From Balanoglossus misakiensis (Eukaryota; Animalia; Hemichordata): a stretch of DNA of 64,000 nucleotides. The notes under the pieces were generated by a model. It ran no database searches and was not told where the DNA came from. It was given only the letters and a program-made list of their open reading frames with translations. Positions 11,045 to 24,702 of this stretch are shown in pieces (position 1 is the first letter of the stretch; the number at the start of each line of letters is the position of its first letter). A program made the translations under genes and the position numbers. The stretch lies in NCBI GenBank assembly GCA_040954595.2, contig CM082587.2, positions 12,240,153-12,304,152 of the forward strand, given 5' to 3'.

Positions 11045-13010
11045 GTGGCTGCAGAATTCAGGGCATGCTGTAGCGGTTGAATGCATGATGATGGTAAACC
11101 ACAGAGTATTGCATTGCAGTAGTCCAGTTTTGATGTGATTAGAGCATGAACCAGCATCTGGCAAACTTCCTTAGTGAGGTAACGGCGAATGTGGCTGATT
11201 TGACGCAGATGGAAGAAAATTGACTTGCAAATTGCATTAATGTGCTTATTGAAAGTGTAATTGTCGTCGAATGTCACACCTATATTCCGTGCAGAATTCA
11301 CAATTTGAACACAACATGATCCAATGCTCATGTGGTTTATGGGACGAGGCGAGCGGTTGAACTGAGACCTTATCAGGAGTACCTCGGGTTTGCCACCATT
11401 GAGTTGAAGTTTATTATGTGTCATCCAGGTTTTTATTTCGTGAACTGCCCTTTCCATCTTGTCTAATGTACTTATGGTGTCTAACTGGAAGAAATATTGG
11501 TATAGTTGGTTGTCATCGGCATATTGGTGAAAATTGATGTTGTGGTGACAAATAGCTGCAGAACAAAAGTGGGCCAAGCACTGAACCGTGTGGTACTCCA
11601 TATTGTAGATATTGAGGTTCTGACATTGTGCCATACAAACTGCTGTCTGTTCTTAAGATATGATGAGAACCATTGTAGTGCGATGTTGGTGATGCCCAGT
11701 TTTGATAACCTTGAGATGATTGTGTCGTGATCTATGGTATCAAACACAGAGGAGAGATCGAGGAGAACCATGAGTACACATTTACCGGCATCCAGTGCCA
11801 TACAAATATTGTTGTTGACTTAAGTAAGTGCTGTTTCGGTACTGTGATCCTTTCGGTACGCTGACTGCAGTGGTTCTTGTAGTGAGTTGGTAGTCAAATA
11901 TGATGTCAGTTGTTGTGCTACAATCTTCCCGATTACTTTTGACAGGAAGGTTAGGTTTGAAACTGGTCTATAGTTCTTGAAAATGTTTTTGTCGAGCGAA
12001 GGTTTCTTGAGTATATTGGTGTGATGACTGCTATTTTAAGTTATTCAGGAACAGTTCCAGTTTTGAGTGACAAATTGATAATTGTGGCTATGATAGTGAG
12101 CAGATTACCAAGACATTGCTTATCAAGTGCTGTAGGGATGAGATCAAGTACACGTGTTTTAGATGGAGACTGACGGGTTGGTTATAAGCTGATATGGCTG
12201 AGGAGAGGTCATTTGGAGGCTAGGACATTTGATGTATTTTGTCGAGATCATGGCTGAAACTATCAATTGAAATGGCAGATATGACGATAAGATATTTGAC
12301 GTCTACTGTGTGTTGGTTTCGGAAGAGCAAGTTTTGCATTGACAGGATTGTGATCAGAGAGTTCCAAGCAGTCTACAGAGACACTCTTGATGTTAGACGC
12401 AGAGTGAGATAAGATGAGATCAAGAGTATGACCCTTTCTGTGTGTTGGTTGTTGGACCCATTGTTTCAGATTACAGGCGCTGATGATTCCATTGAATTTC
12501 TGTGTTACTGGATTCTTATCATCTTCTAGGTGAATATTGAAATCTCCTACGATGAAGAGATTACTTGAGCAGGTGACATACTTCTCAAGTGTTGTACTGA
12601 ACTCTTCCATGAACTGTGGTGCGGTGAATTTATTATTAACTGATGGTGGTGGACGGTAGGCAAGAATTATTTTCATGGAAAGTTTCTGGTGAAAAATAGT
12701 TGCTTCCGCTGCCTCAAAAGATTTAACAGAGAGAATAGGCTTCCAAGCTGTTTATTTTAGTGCTAGCTTGTGAATTTAAGCTAAGCCTCCACCGATCTTG
12801 CCAACCCCAGGTAGATGTTTGACAGCATAGCCTGGTGGTGTACATTCAGCCATTACGTGTTCGTCACCAGATTCCTTCAACCATGTTTCAGTGAGTACAA
12901 GAATATCAATTTCTTTATCTGTGATGTAGTCTGCAATGTCTAATGATTTGCATCTAGCTGAGCGGACATTCCATGTAGAGAGTAGAAGTTCACACGTATT
13001 GTGGAAAGGG
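11045..13010 (-). mobile_element. Degenerate L2/CR1-group LINE ORF2 (APE endonuclease + RT), copy U1
   Basis: APE motifs WNVRS, LTETWL, YRPP, GDFN, TLDL and SDH. RT motifs [44 protein letters not shown] and ITSKLDYCN. Frameshifts and internal deletion present. Ends are approximate. Confidence 0.93.
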
Positions 13011-13517
13011 TGGATCTTGAATACTGCATAGTCACTCTTCAATAGATATTTAGTGACTCGCTAACTGTTGCGATTCGTGTGTGTGTAATTTACGTACTTC
13101 AAGTTAAATATCGCAACTAGCCGTAATGTTTGACTAGGGGGAGCACCTATACTAATGCGAGTACCAGGGATTGAAAGTTGCACCTGTATTTTGATCCCTT
13201 AGTTACCCTTATAAGTACATTTGTAGTTTAATAACCATAGTTCTATTGCAAACCATTCTTTCCGTAGTTTCTTGTTTCAAATATTGTAATCTGAATTTAT
13301 TTTGATGTTTAACAGGTGTGATTATCTGTATTTGCGGCCATTTTGAAAAAAAATTGGTTGCCATGGAAACTCTTCAACAGATATTTAGTGACTCGCTATC
13401 TGAATTTGTTCAGTACACATTAACACACATCTGAGCCAAGTTTGGTGCTTTTATCACAAAATACACAATCGATATGAAAATTTGGGTTTTGGTGCTCCAC
13501 TACCTAAGTAACATTAA

Positions 13518-13934
13518 GGATGTACGTTCAATAAAATGGAAAGTATTGTCATTTTTTTTAATTGTGGATTTTTTTATTCTCTTTTGTATGTATAATGAAA
13601 ATCCGTAATAAAATATAGGGGTCACCGCGCTTGTTTTTGAAATACAGAGCCATGAAATTGGTCGATAATAGAAGAAATCTGCTGACTCAGCATTTTTCAC
13701 CAATGGTTTGTTTGTCTATGGCCAAAATTCTTAATGCAATTTATCTCAAAAAAGAGCGCGGTGACCCCTATATTTTATTTGACCAATGAATTTATATTTG
13801 CTGGACTGAGCTATGTGTAAAATTTCGAGAAAATGACAATAGTAGAAGTTTGTTTTCTGGCGATTATCAATGTAATCCTATGGGAAAAAGACCGGACACG
13901 CAGTGTTTCCGGTTTATGTTCTGCACGTACATCC
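13518..13934. mobile_element. Kolobok-type MITE (also 29378-29682 with internal deletion, 49449-49865, 63526-63943)
   Basis: TTAA-ggatgtacgt ... acgtacatcc-TTGA, with an internal inverted repeat aaatataggggtcaccgcgct / agcgcggtgacccctatattt. Confidence 0.78.
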
Positions 13935-14282
13935 TTGATGAAGTTTGCTGGCTAGAGGGCTCCTAAACCTCCTTAATATTTGACGTCTTCACTCCTACAG
14001 GACTGCGCAGCTGGAAGTTAAAGTTCAGCATGTTCTGAAGCATGCACGCTGTGTCCAGGGGTTTCATGTGTGGAACAGCCAGCCTCTCATCACCAACACA
14101 ATGCGGACTGGGATATTTTGCCAACAATGGAAGTATAGACTGTACGCCTTGTCCTGCCCCGGGTATAAGTGCCAATATGATGGTATGTCGGAGCCAGAGG
14201 TGTGTGAAGATGGATACTACACTAATATAGATGGTGAGTCAGCACTTAAAGTTTGGGCATTACTGTGTAATCTTTCACTTAA

Positions 14283-14788
14283 AGGCACGTAAGCTGTAAC
14301 TTTTGGGATAATTTTCATAATATTTGTTTAAAACTGCACTACCATTAGTCCATGCAGATGAAGGCAGTGAACTATACACAAGCATTATAAACCCTAAATA
14401 TGAGTGCATATGCAAGTTTTAACCAGATAAATAATAAAGCTTTGCCGCAAGCGATTATGGCCGCCACCCTGGGAAAATGCAAGAAACAATGAAAATGTTG
14501 CATTTCCGGTTGGGAAACTTCTTAAACAAAACATGATCTCATCCACTTGAGCTCATGGAAGTAAATGTACACCACTGAGACATCAGATTTCCATTGTTCA
14601 TTGCAATATTGCACTTTTTTTTAAATTGCAGGAATTTTCGTTTTTTCTTTAATTTTTGGCCATTGTGTCATAAATAAGTGTTGAGCTTGATATATTATCA
14701 TGAAATATCATTTAATAGACATAATTAAAAGCATATATGAGATTATTTAAAACTTTAATTTTTTTATCCAGTTGCAGCTTACGTGCCT
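14283..14788. mobile_element. Kolobok-type MITE (also 30031-30536, 50214-50719)
   Basis: TTAA-aggcacgtaagctgtaact ... agttgcagcttacgtgcct-TTAA. Confidence 0.85.
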
Positions 14789-15775
14789 TTAAGGCGGACG
14801 ATCATCTTATGTGCATGTACGTAATTCTGTGCGTACAAACATTACGTCCAGTCCAAATATTCTGCCAATTTTACATCCAATGCATTCAAATAGTGGACTG
14901 CTTCGCTTTCATCCAGTTTTCATGTGCATCGTATAAGTAGACTTTTGTTTTGTCCCGTCTTTTCACCAAATTTGCTCTTTTCCAAATCTCCGACACAGAC
15001 TATGATCGTCACGATCTTGTCTGTTGTTAGAACAGCACACTGCCGTATGGCATTGACTGTACACAGTTTCTGTTACCAATATCTCTGGATTGGCATTTTC
15101 CTGTCCTCAATCTTTTGCCAGGGATTTTTGTCTCCCCAACCCGCGTGAGAATCCCACGTCTTTGAAGGTATGACTGTGACTATAAGATTCTATAAATCTC
15201 TGTTTATTTTCAGCACAAACATCATGTGCTGATTGCCCAGCTGGTAACCAATGTCCAAATGGTAACACTGTGATTTTATGCTCGGCTGGTTATTACAGTT
15301 CGGCCTTGGACAAAGGATGTCTCGCTGTACCTCTTGCATAACAGGTAAACTTCTACCCACCCACCTTTATTTCCAACATCAAACATTAGGTCAGGTAATT
15401 TACTAACTGAAAAATAGGATGGGATCATTTTCTATTTCTGTATTTAAAATTTACTGATATAATATATGAATGAAAAAATGACAATTTTTCCAAATTTGAA
15501 TAGACCTCTATTTATGAAAATAATTAAAATTTGCACCAAATTTTTACAGTGGTATTCAAAGGTTAACTTGGTGTGTAAATTCTCTGTTTGATTTACAGAT
15601 CAGCTGGTGCTGAACATTGTACTATTTGTGAGCAAGGGTACGCCTGCATAGATCCCAGTGCATCGCAATTCAAGTGTACCAAGGGTTACGTGTCATTGGC
15701 TGGTGCAACAAACTGTACCAGATGTACAAATGGTAAGATTGTGGTACTTGTTCAGTTTGCTGTGTGATGAAACTG

Positions 15776-15890
15776 AGGGGTATGTGTGTATGCATGTATG
15801 TGTTTACAACAGATTTTCAAGTCAGTGCGACTGGGGGTATGTGTGTGTGTGTATGTATGTATGTGTTTACAACAGATTATCAACTCAGTG
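15776..15890. repeat. (TG/TATG)n microsatellite within a 63-bp local duplication
   Basis: ggggtatgtgtg...tgtttacaacagatt occurs twice in U1/U2 and once in U3 (~51708-51747). Confidence 0.8.
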
Positions 15891-17404
15891 CGAGATCTTG
15901 CGAGACCCGGTTAGCCATGTGAGATCTCGCAGAGTCTTATGATATTCAGAACATGGTTGATTAGAAATGACGTTTAATGTCCTCCAAAGAATTTTCTACA
16001 TGCCTGTATACTTGTCTCAGAATTATGAAGTGAATCATCTCAAGTAATTTGTTATTTTAAATGACACTGTATCACAAATACATCACTAAAAACCTCATTT
16101 TTTTTAATCAGATGAAATAAGTGAGGAGCCTGCACGCACATCCTGTCTTCTGTGCCCTGCTGGACAATCGTGTTCAGATTCAATGTAAGATCCGCTCGAC
16201 TGTGGCAATGGTGAATATGCTATGGAAGGCGACGGCACATGCACGCCTCGTCCAGTGGGATCCAAGTGTCCAACCATGTCACCCGTAGTGGATTGTTCAA
16301 CAGTTACTGGTAAGTTGGGCTGCAAATCACTCTTGTGACTTCCCTGTGTTATAGCATGGCATACACAGAAAATTAAACTGTTATGCTTATTGGAGTTGAT
16401 ATTGTGATGCACTTTGAAAAACACAATGATTCCACTGAAGAGGTATTGTACAGTAAAACCTGTGATTACGGACATCTCTCTAATAAGGGATCGTTGGACC
16501 AAACCATGGTGGTAAAAATCGTTCTTTGAATTTTTTCTGTGATAGGTTCATACTCGCTAGGTTCGGCCACGTCCTTCTGGTTATGAATGCACAACTACAA
16601 GTGTCACACAGTGCGCTACAGGGCAGTAAAGTGCTGAAGGAGGTAAGTCTTGAAATCCCTTTTCTTCTTGTCTCGATTTGAACATGGTTCCACAAGTTGT
16701 TTACATCACTTGTAGTTTTACATATTTTTTGAGTTCAACAGCTAGCTATACATGGTGTCCTGAGAAGTCAACCAGTATGAGAAGTCGGTCTCGGCCAGTA
16801 CGAGAAGTCGGCCTGTGGGAGAGAACCCTGGTACTTTGTGTTATATATAACTGTTTCACTACGAAATGTTTCCTTGATGTACAGGAGCTGAGATATTTGT
16901 ACAAATAGCCGATGAATTTTAAAACTGTCTGTTCACTTTTCATGTACCTCACCGGGGTACGTCAACATCAGTCACCTGCACTTCTTGAGCTTCAAAATCA
17001 CTTTCGTGGCGCATAATGTCTTGATTGTCTTGGTTCAAGAAACATTATGCGCGACTGGCCAATTTTACTGCCTTTTGTCAACACACATCCACTATGGAAA
17101 TTCTCACTCCAGGCCAGATAGTGTAAATTTACATATGAGTCTACAGGTGTGCTTGAAGTCAAGTCAAGCATTTGCAAGGAACCCTCCTCCAGTACACAGG
17201 TCTTTGATTTCATGAAGGGAAGCCCTTGCCTCACAGTCACTGCCATGTGATCTATGGAGGTGTGAACAACTTGATACCAGCCTAATATAAGTTGTAGGCA
17301 CAATCACTCCACACACCCTTGCCATAATTCTGCAAGGTTTTTGCCATATCTGTACTGTAGAATGAGTAGCAAGGAATAAAATGGCGTCCTTTCTTAATTT
17401 CCAG

Positions 17405-20400
17405 TGCAAAACCCCTGTGATCCCAACCCATGTATGAATGGTGGATTTTGCCAGCAAACATCGTGCAATTTCTATTCATGCCAGTGTGTGAACTCTTACA
17501 CAGGTGACATCTGTCAAACCATAGACCCTAGAGAAAGAAGGGCGAGCAACTGCGGCAAAGATCAAAGGGTTTGGGGATTATCTGTATGATGATGTTTTTT
17601 TGTATATAATTAACACCCAGGACAGTCGGACAATGACTTCCTTACTTCGGCACGTGTCGACCCCACCAGTGATACGAAAACTTGCCACCAAACTGGCACT
17701 ACTGCATTTCAGCAGCCACTGCGTTTTTTTCTAAAATTCTAAAAGTATTACGATGTCTGTGCTAATTATTATGGTTTGGTGTTCGTCTGTCGGTTGAACG
17801 GTCATTTCTAGTGCCACAAGCTTCATTTAAAAATTGTAAACAAATCATCCATGTTTTTTGCATGTCCGACTGGGCACTCATATTTCTTAGTAACGCTGAC
17901 ACTTTTCGTAATAATTTTATGTTTGCGTGAAGCATTGAAATAAAAATTGTGGTTTAGGGGCATTTTATTTCGCAGTGCGTGAACAATAAAACAGATTTCA
18001 CGAAAACAATTTGTAAACAAACTGGGTGGATTATCATGTGTGCGCTATGGCCGCCAGGCAACCCTCGGTACGGTTAGCTCACAGCCTTGTGAAATACCCG
18101 GACTGTTAGACAAAAGATGCTTGTTTTGGACGCTGTCAGACTCAGATTCAAATTCCTGTTTAACTTGTCCAGATGTGTTCCATAAATAATCGCTGCGTTC
18201 AACCACGTTGCAGTTTTCTCGTCTTCTGCGAGATGTTCTGAGGTGTTGTGATAACTTCACACAAAACACGAGACTTTGCGTTAGTTTATACACAGTTTAT
18301 TTGCAAATTGGATTATTGGGATTTATCTGGAAATAATGTATGCAAAATAACATCATTTCAAGAAAAAACTGGAGTTGCGCGTCCTTCTTTCTCTAGGGTC
18401 CATGGTCAAACAAGTGAGTATATACTTTCAAGACACCCTGCAAACAAACAAGCCATCTTCATTCCGTAGATCTTTTAAGCTTATTTATACATTGTAAATT
18501 TTGATGTGAAACTTTATTGGTCTTGTTGCCAAACTTCTGAAGAAATGAGGATATTGTTTTGAAGGGTATTTTATCAGTAGGTAACAAATACCATGGCCCT
18601 CCATGCAAATACCCACATGGTAAATTAAAACTGTTACAGATGTATTTGATTTCCACATATTGATTACATGTGGGATAATATTGGTGCTGGCAGTTTCAGT
18701 AAATGAACTGCTCTTAAAAGTTGGGCGTCAGGGCACCCTTGATTTTGCCTGTTCCAAGCTAGAATAGTCTGTCCATATGAATATTTGTTCAGCAAGTTAC
18801 AAGCAATCTTTTAAGTTTGGAATGAAAAAATAGTGAAATGACTTGTGATGTTAATATGCAATTGTTGGTTGATTTACATGCAACCCCCAGGACTCGATCA
18901 ATGTTCTCCCAATCCGTGCATGAACAACGGTATCTGTGAGCCAATCAGTGGATCGTGCAGTGCGTTTACCTGTCGCTGTCAAGGCTGTATCATTGGAATC
19001 ACCTGTGACCAAGGTAAATTTATCAGACGAGGAACTGTTTTTCCCCCTCATACCGGTATATTTGTCATAGCTGGCAGCTATGAAATTACCTGTATATTTA
19101 GGATGTGACAAACCAAATAGGCACTTTCAGGAATTGAGTCTTTTTTGCAATTACTAAGTCCTAAACTCCCAAAAGTATAATAAGTAATTCTTATTGTTCA
19201 GTTATACATTAAGGAGGCTTAGTTATAGGAGAACCCGATAGAACCACAGCTGTAGGAATTAAGGAAATGGTCATACCCTAAAAACTTATGTCACTACTAT
19301 TTATTTATTTTCATTCCATTGAAACAGAACAAACTCCATGTAGGCCAAGTCCATGCCTGAACAATGGGCAGTGTACTCGGCTGTCGTGTACAACTTATGA
19401 GTGTACTTGTCCAGGATGTTTCACCGGCACACACTGCAGCCAGTGTAAAACTCATTAAAACAAACATTTTGTCATGCAGGAACTAACATTTACAATCATG
19501 TCTCAATACATTGTCTGTTGGTCATACTTTATATTTTCATCTTCAGCATCACACCTTGGGCCTTGGGAATCGTTCACCTCAAAAATGATGTACAACTGAA
19601 AGAAAACATGTTTATTTGAAGAAAAAAATGTTGATCGTTCATGAAAATTTTCCCTACACAAGATACATATACAGAGATTTTCATAGCCCCACAAGTGCGT
19701 CCCAGAATGAGCAAGTTGTTTTTGGAAGTGAAGTTCCGTTCAGTATTTACAGTAATGGTAATGATGATGTTTTTATCAAACAGATTTTGAAAGTAAATAT
19801 TGCTGAGATAACATTAGGTTGCACTTTTTATTGCAGTCCAAGATCCATGCCAGCGAAACAGCTGTCTCAACGGGGCTGTATGTAATGCAGTGGCCAACTC
19901 CTGCACGGCATATACCTGTGCCTGTACTGGTTGCTATGAGGGTAACCGTTGTGAAATATGTAAGTTTCTGACGTACCGTAAATGACAATCTTTTGGGCAC
20001 TTTCTCTTCATGGCAATTGAATTGTGTGGTAACTTCTCATTTCTAAAATTTCCACAAGAGAAAAGAAAACAGAAATTTCATTTGTATGTCCGTGCAATTT
20101 AGGATAGGCACGAACTTGTGAGGAAGTGTACGAAGCTGGATGTTTTCATCACTCAAATATACAAGAGTTGCCTCTTGAAGACTAGTGTCTGTAGAGATAA
20201 TTGTGCATATGAGGTAATCTCTCCTAAGGTGGTGCACACATCTGAGTATTAAGTAAAAGAGACGTCCTTAATTATCCTTACTATTTGGCTTGAAAAATCA
20301 ATCTTACTAGGTGTTCTGATTAGAGAGGTGTCCATAAAGACAGGTTTTACTGTATTACCCAAAATAGAGACATTGTCCCTTCATCATATACTTAATGCGT

Positions 20401-23400
20401 GTTCTGGGTATGGTTCCAGTATAATGCTTGTGTCAAAGGATTTTGTTGTGGTGCAGGAATCATCTTTGGTTGAGGTGTAGCCATCTGCATTTCATGTTTT
20501 TTAAACTATTTTTTTCTGATAGTCATTAACCCATGTGATCAGAATCCGTGTCAAAATGGAGGCTATTGTTCCCAAACACCAAATTCTCATACTGACTACA
20601 CCTGTTACTGCCAGTAGTGTTGGACTGGGGCCATCTGTGCCGTAGGTGTGTCGAATTACTGTTTTATGACACAGCGTGGTATATAAACCCTCATTTTTGG
20701 TATTCTCAATGTGATAGATGGACCCATACACCAATAAATGGGGTGGAAGCATTACTAAGTTTCATCCTTTCAAAATTTGCTGATGTAGGGTCAAAATTGA
20801 GTGTGAGGTGCACGTTAAAAAGGAAAGCCTTCTGTATCATGTTGACGGCACATTTTTTAATTTTTCAAGATTCTTACAGAAAAATCCTAGCAATAGCATC
20901 ATTATGTTATTTTAAATGTACAGGTTTGAAACAAGGAATGAAGACATTGCTCACATATTTAAACGAAATGAACATCACAAGTACATGTACAAGTTTTTGA
21001 CAAGCAGGTAATTGATACTTTCATTTTTGTTTTGGCAGCCATTGATCAGTTATACTCTATGCCTTGTCAAAATGGTGGCACATGCGTTGCGCGAGACGGC
21101 TGTTTCCTGTTTGACTGTATGTGTACCGAATGCTTCACTGGTGCCACATGTACAATGCGTAAGTACAAACCAATATTATTTTATTCAATGCAAAACACTT
21201 GTTATGTATTATATAATATAAGTACGGTACACATATTAAAGCCCTGGTAACTCAAACTTTGGGCTAGCTTAATGTTATCACTATTTTTGTTTTCGGTTGC
21301 AACTGTGGTTTCTTGTCACACTCTAAAGGATTTCACAGCATTTGGTTTTTCAAAACAGCCCTTTGGTTGTTGTCATGTATACATGTACATGACTGTGGAG
21401 TGTAGTTTGTAGATTCTGTAATTTTGACAATATCTTGACTGCACATCCCACAGCTGTCAACCAGTGTCAACCCATCCAGTGTCAGAATGGTGGAAACTGT
21501 GTGCTGACGCCCAATTGGTGTACTGAATTCACATGCTCCTGTACAAGCTGTTACTCCGGCGATTTATGTCAGACATGTGAGTGATTTTAAATTTCAGATG
21601 AAGAGGAACATAATAACATAACACATAATCGGCTTGCAGTTGGTTTCTTCCAACCTGTATCAAACAGTGAATAACGACACAATTTTGGGGAAATTTATTA
21701 AGAATGTGTGTGCCATAAAAGGGGATTGTGTATTTGACCAAACAACAACCTGCACCGTATGGTACACTAAGACACTATTACACCTGTGTCAAAATTTCAT
21801 TACGTTTCTTTTGTTGAACATGGAAGAAATTTGTCACAGTGATGTTCTGTTGACCAACTGAGATTTTTACCACTCAACCCTGACTGCACAAATCTGTTTA
21901 AAGTATATGTAGTAAATATTAACTGTACACAATTTATATCACTTTCTCTTCTGTGCACAGATTTGAATCCGTGTCAGCCCAACCCTTGTCTAAACAGTGG
22001 ATTCTGCCAGCAAGTGTCCTGCACCGAGTTCAGATGCCAGAGTTCGCGCTGTTTCATCGGAACCACGTGCGCTGAACGTAAGCAAACCAGTGTCAGATTT
22101 GCCGCACAAAGTAGAAATCGCTGGGCTTTGTCATTGATATTGTCTCAATAAAGTTGCCTGTGATTGTGCAGCTAACCAAGAGACTTATATGCACTACCGT
22201 AGCCATGATGTATACTTTCATTGACTCAAATGCTCATCAGAGTAGATGTTGCTATTTTTCCAACCGTAAATTGAAACATCAGAAAGTTATGACATCAACT
22301 ACCCCCACCCCCACCCCACCCCACCCCCAACTAGTAAATATTATAAGATGCTGTAATTATGATAAAGATGGTAGCACCAAGCTTGGATCAAGTGGTCTTC
22401 ATTATCCTTCACACATGAACATGATCACACGGATGTGCAATCTTCTGACAGTCTGCTACAGATTTCACTTCCCACTCAAGTGTGTAAGACCCTAATGTGA
22501 TACTTTTCATTTCTCTCACCCTTAGCGATCAACCAGTGTCTTCTAAACCCATGTCTGAATAACGGAGTGTATCAGCCACTTCAAGGCTCCTGCTCAATCT
22601 ACACCTGCAACTGTCCAACCTGCTACACTGGGCAAACATGTGTTACATGTAAGTCGCAAGTTTTTAGGTCCCATTGGTATGTACCATGGGACCTTATGGG
22701 ATTGGTTACGTCTGTATGTATGGATGGATGGATGGATGGATGTATGTCTGTATGTCCGTCCACATCGAAAACTTGAAAACCGCACCGCGTATGACCTCGA
22801 TATTTGGCGTGTAGATGCAGGCAGGGCTGTAGATGGGAGTTTGTTCAAATGAAGATGTCATTGCCAAAAATATGCAAATTAGCTGGGAAAATGTGAAATT
22901 GGTCAAAACTTAAAAACTGGACAACCACTGGTCATATTGATTTGAAAATTGGTATGCATGTACCTTATATCAACCTCATACAATCCTGTATGTTTTGAGC
23001 TAATATTATCGATTTCCTATTTTTTTTGCATTTTTTTGTATTTTTCCATGTTATTGGTAAAAAGTCTTTGAAATTTAGTATGAAGCCTCCTAATGTTGTC
23101 TAAGTAACCATAGTTTTGTTCAAATTGTTGCAAAATTTGCATATCTATAATTTTGAGCAATATTTGCCATTTTTGGTCAAAAAATGTTTCTCTTTAAAAC
23201 CTCATGCCAGATTGCTTTCCAATTTGGTAGGCATGTTCGTAGGGGTAACCTAAATAATATGTTGTAAAAAAAAAGATATTTGCATAAATGTGTTATCGGG
23301 GAAACTTTTGCAATTTTTGTCAAAAATTGTTTTCTCTGAAACCGCTTGTCCTATTGCATTGAACTTAGGCAGCATGTTCCTTGTAGTGATTGAAGTAAGA

Positions 23401-24702
23401 TATTGTACAATTTTGGTGATATTTGCATATTTGTGTTTTTGCCACTTTTGAACAAATATTTTCTGTGAAACTGCTTGTTGGATTGCTTTGAAATTAGTTT
23501 TTTCTCTGATTGCTTTGAAATTTAGGCTATAATTTCATAACACATACCTGTATATGTGCAACTTTTATTCGGTTCTGAGATCAGAAAGATTAAATATTTA
23601 GCGAGTTTTTTTGGTAAGTTTCTTAGTTTTTGGTTAGCAAATCTTCTCCTAAACAAATTGTCCAGTTGTTTTTAAAGTTACTATTTACAAGGAGTTGTTA
23701 CCTCGAACAAAGACATGTTTACATAACTTAAATAGGCCAGCTGTTACAGAGACCACCAGCTATCAAATTTTAATTACCAGTGGCAGGTCAGTGTGTGTCT
23801 GTTCCAGGGCTGACTGAAAGAAGTTGCTTCGCATATGTGTTTGTACAGACAATTTTTGGTCATTTTTTTTCTAGCACCACTTGTAAGACTGCCATGACAC
23901 ATGACAGTTTATTGGGCATGTTCCTTGTTAATGTTTTTACATTCCATATTTCTATATGGTCAGATCATATCTGCTTGCAAATGTCACCTGTAATTTTTAT
24001 TCTGGTGTGTCACTGTTTCCGCATAATCCTCAAATGTCATCAGATCTCCGAATGTGATGAAAACAGTGTGTTTTGAGTGTTTTTTAAATGACCTTTTGGG
24101 TTAAAAGTGGCAAAAATGGCAATTTTGTCTTGAAAGGGGTCAATAAGACTGACTTTTTTGGAATCAGCACCATTTTTTACATTGAATGGACTAGTCTGCT
24201 CAAACTTTCCTTACCAACAATTCTGTTTAATCTTCTGTAACATGTATACTAGTATACATGTAGCTGCCTGATAGTTTGCCCTGTGTGTGTAATTGCTGAG
24301 TGACATAACGCATTCTGTGATTGGTGCAGTCACGTAACCACCAATAAGATCGCTTGTTATAAGGAGAACTGCACGACCTTTAACCGCATTAGCATACCTG
24401 ATTTTTAGGGCTCGATATTACCTCTGAGGACGCAATATTTAAGTTGAAGTTTTTTTCTTTTATCATATTAGAGCAAGAAGACTTGTTTTTATGTAAAAGA
24501 AATAGACCCTAATATACAGAGTGCATTTTGAAACGATAGGCAGGTCCGGCCCATAGCCTAATTCTTCATTTTTCTGTCATGCGTAGGAATTGATCAGTGC
24601 TAACAACCCATGTCAAAATGGCAGCACTTGCCAACCCTAACCTCGCGTGTGGCATTGACGTGCACCTGCCAAGGATGCTATACTTGGAGCGCTGTGAAAA
24701 TT
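17405..24702 (+). pseudogene. EGF-repeat pseudogene fragment, copy U2 (10 exons; first two deleted)
   Basis: Same exons and lesions as U1. The exon at 17405-17519 (QNPCDPNPCMNGGFCQQTSCNFYSCQCVNSYTGDICQT) has its 5' end intact here. Confidence 0.9.

Larger units (their letters stand above)
14001..16642 (+). pseudogene. Decayed exons of CPAG-type Cys-rich repeats (GCC2/GCC3 / ephrin-receptor-like), copy U1
   Basis: AG/GT-bounded exons at 14001-14233, 15214-15344, 15599-15732, 16112-16309 and 16546-16642. They translate to motifs such as CGLGYFANNGSIDCTPCPA, CADCPAGNQCPNG..CSAGYYS, CTICEQGYACID..CTKGYVSLAGATNCTRC and CLLCPAGQSC. In-frame TAA stops and frameshifts are present. Confidence 0.82.
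1..16762. repeat. Tandem segmental-duplication unit U1 (16762 bp; phase set arbitrarily at window start)
   Basis: The sequence at position 1 (agaagtcaaccagtatgaga) recurs at 16763, 32511 and 52113. The ORF track repeats near-identically at offsets of about 15.7-15.9 kb, 33-36 kb and 50-52 kb. Confidence 0.98.
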
